Positions 63,781 through 64,000 of a stretch of DNA of 64,000 nucleotides are shown here, one piece after another (the stretch's first letter is position 1; each line of letters starts with the position of its first letter). Position numbers and translations under genes: made by a program. Source of the stretch: Felis catus. Its lineage: Eukaryota. Location of the stretch: positions 179,554,001-179,618,000 of the forward strand of contig NC_058368.1 in NCBI RefSeq assembly GCF_018350175.1, given 5' to 3'. The notes beneath the pieces were generated by a model. The model made no database searches and was not told the origin of the DNA. It saw only the letters and a list, made by a program, of their open reading frames with translations.

Positions 63781-64000
63781 CAGAGTTTGGCAAAGTATAG
63801 CCTTCAGGCCAAATCCAGCCCACTGCCTGTTTTTGTAAATAAAGTTTTACTGGAACACAGCCATGCCCATTCATGGATGTGTTGTTGATGGCTGCTTTTA
63901 TGCTACACTGGCAGAATTGAGTGGCTGTGACAGGTAGTGTAAAGCCTGGGAAGCCTAAGGTAATTGCTACCTGGCTCTTTACAGAAAACATTTCCAGACC
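63781..64000. mobile_element. MER58A hAT-Charlie element
   Basis: caggccaaatccagcccactgcctgtttttgtaaataaagttttactggaacacagccatgccca...ctttacagaaaa. Confidence 0.88.

Larger units (their letters stand above)
1..64000 (+). other. SLIT3: SLIT3 gene body, partial (3' part of intron 1, exon 2, intron 2, exon 3, 5' part of intron 3)
   Basis: Two spliceable LRR exons in the correct order and phase on +, ~6.7 kb apart. No exon 1 (signal peptide/CpG island) or exon 4 (RLNKNKL...) seen in the window. Confidence 0.9.

Noticed and set aside
1..64000. A novel multi-gene system, CRISPR array or prokaryote-style operon
   Set aside because: The sequence is mammalian intronic DNA. There are no regularly spaced repeat-spacer units and no long ORFs; recurring similar sequences are dispersed SINE copies.
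1..64000. miR-218-2, the SLIT3-hosted miRNA
   Set aside because: I did not see the mature sequence ttgtgcttgatctaaccatgt; it is known to lie in a much more 3' intron.

Overview
Mammalian genomic DNA from a felid, judged from many tRNA-derived carnivore/felid SINEC copies and a felid-type L1 3' end. The window lies inside SLIT3, transcribed on the + strand. The only coding sequence I can support is two 72-nt, phase-2/phase-2 LRR exons at 25638-25709 ([24 protein letters not shown]) and 32372-32443 ([24 protein letters not shown]). They match SLIT3 exons 2 and 3 and are missed by the supplied ORF track. The rest is intron 1 (3' part), intron 2 and intron 3 (5' part), filled with SINEC, MIR, L2, L1, MLT1/ERVL LTRs, hAT-type MER elements and microsatellites. 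The ORF track is essentially spurious or repeat-derived. I found no evidence of a novel multi-gene system. The most notable items are: a ~103-bp twin-primed L1 insertion in a four-level nested repeat; a very young SINE; three tail-to-tail inverted SINE pairs; a possible stop-free exon 2-3 circle; the probable non-hairpin ortholog of the human MIR585 site; and several candidate enhancers. Repeat subfamily names are from recognition of consensus motifs, not from a search, and old-repeat boundaries are approximate.
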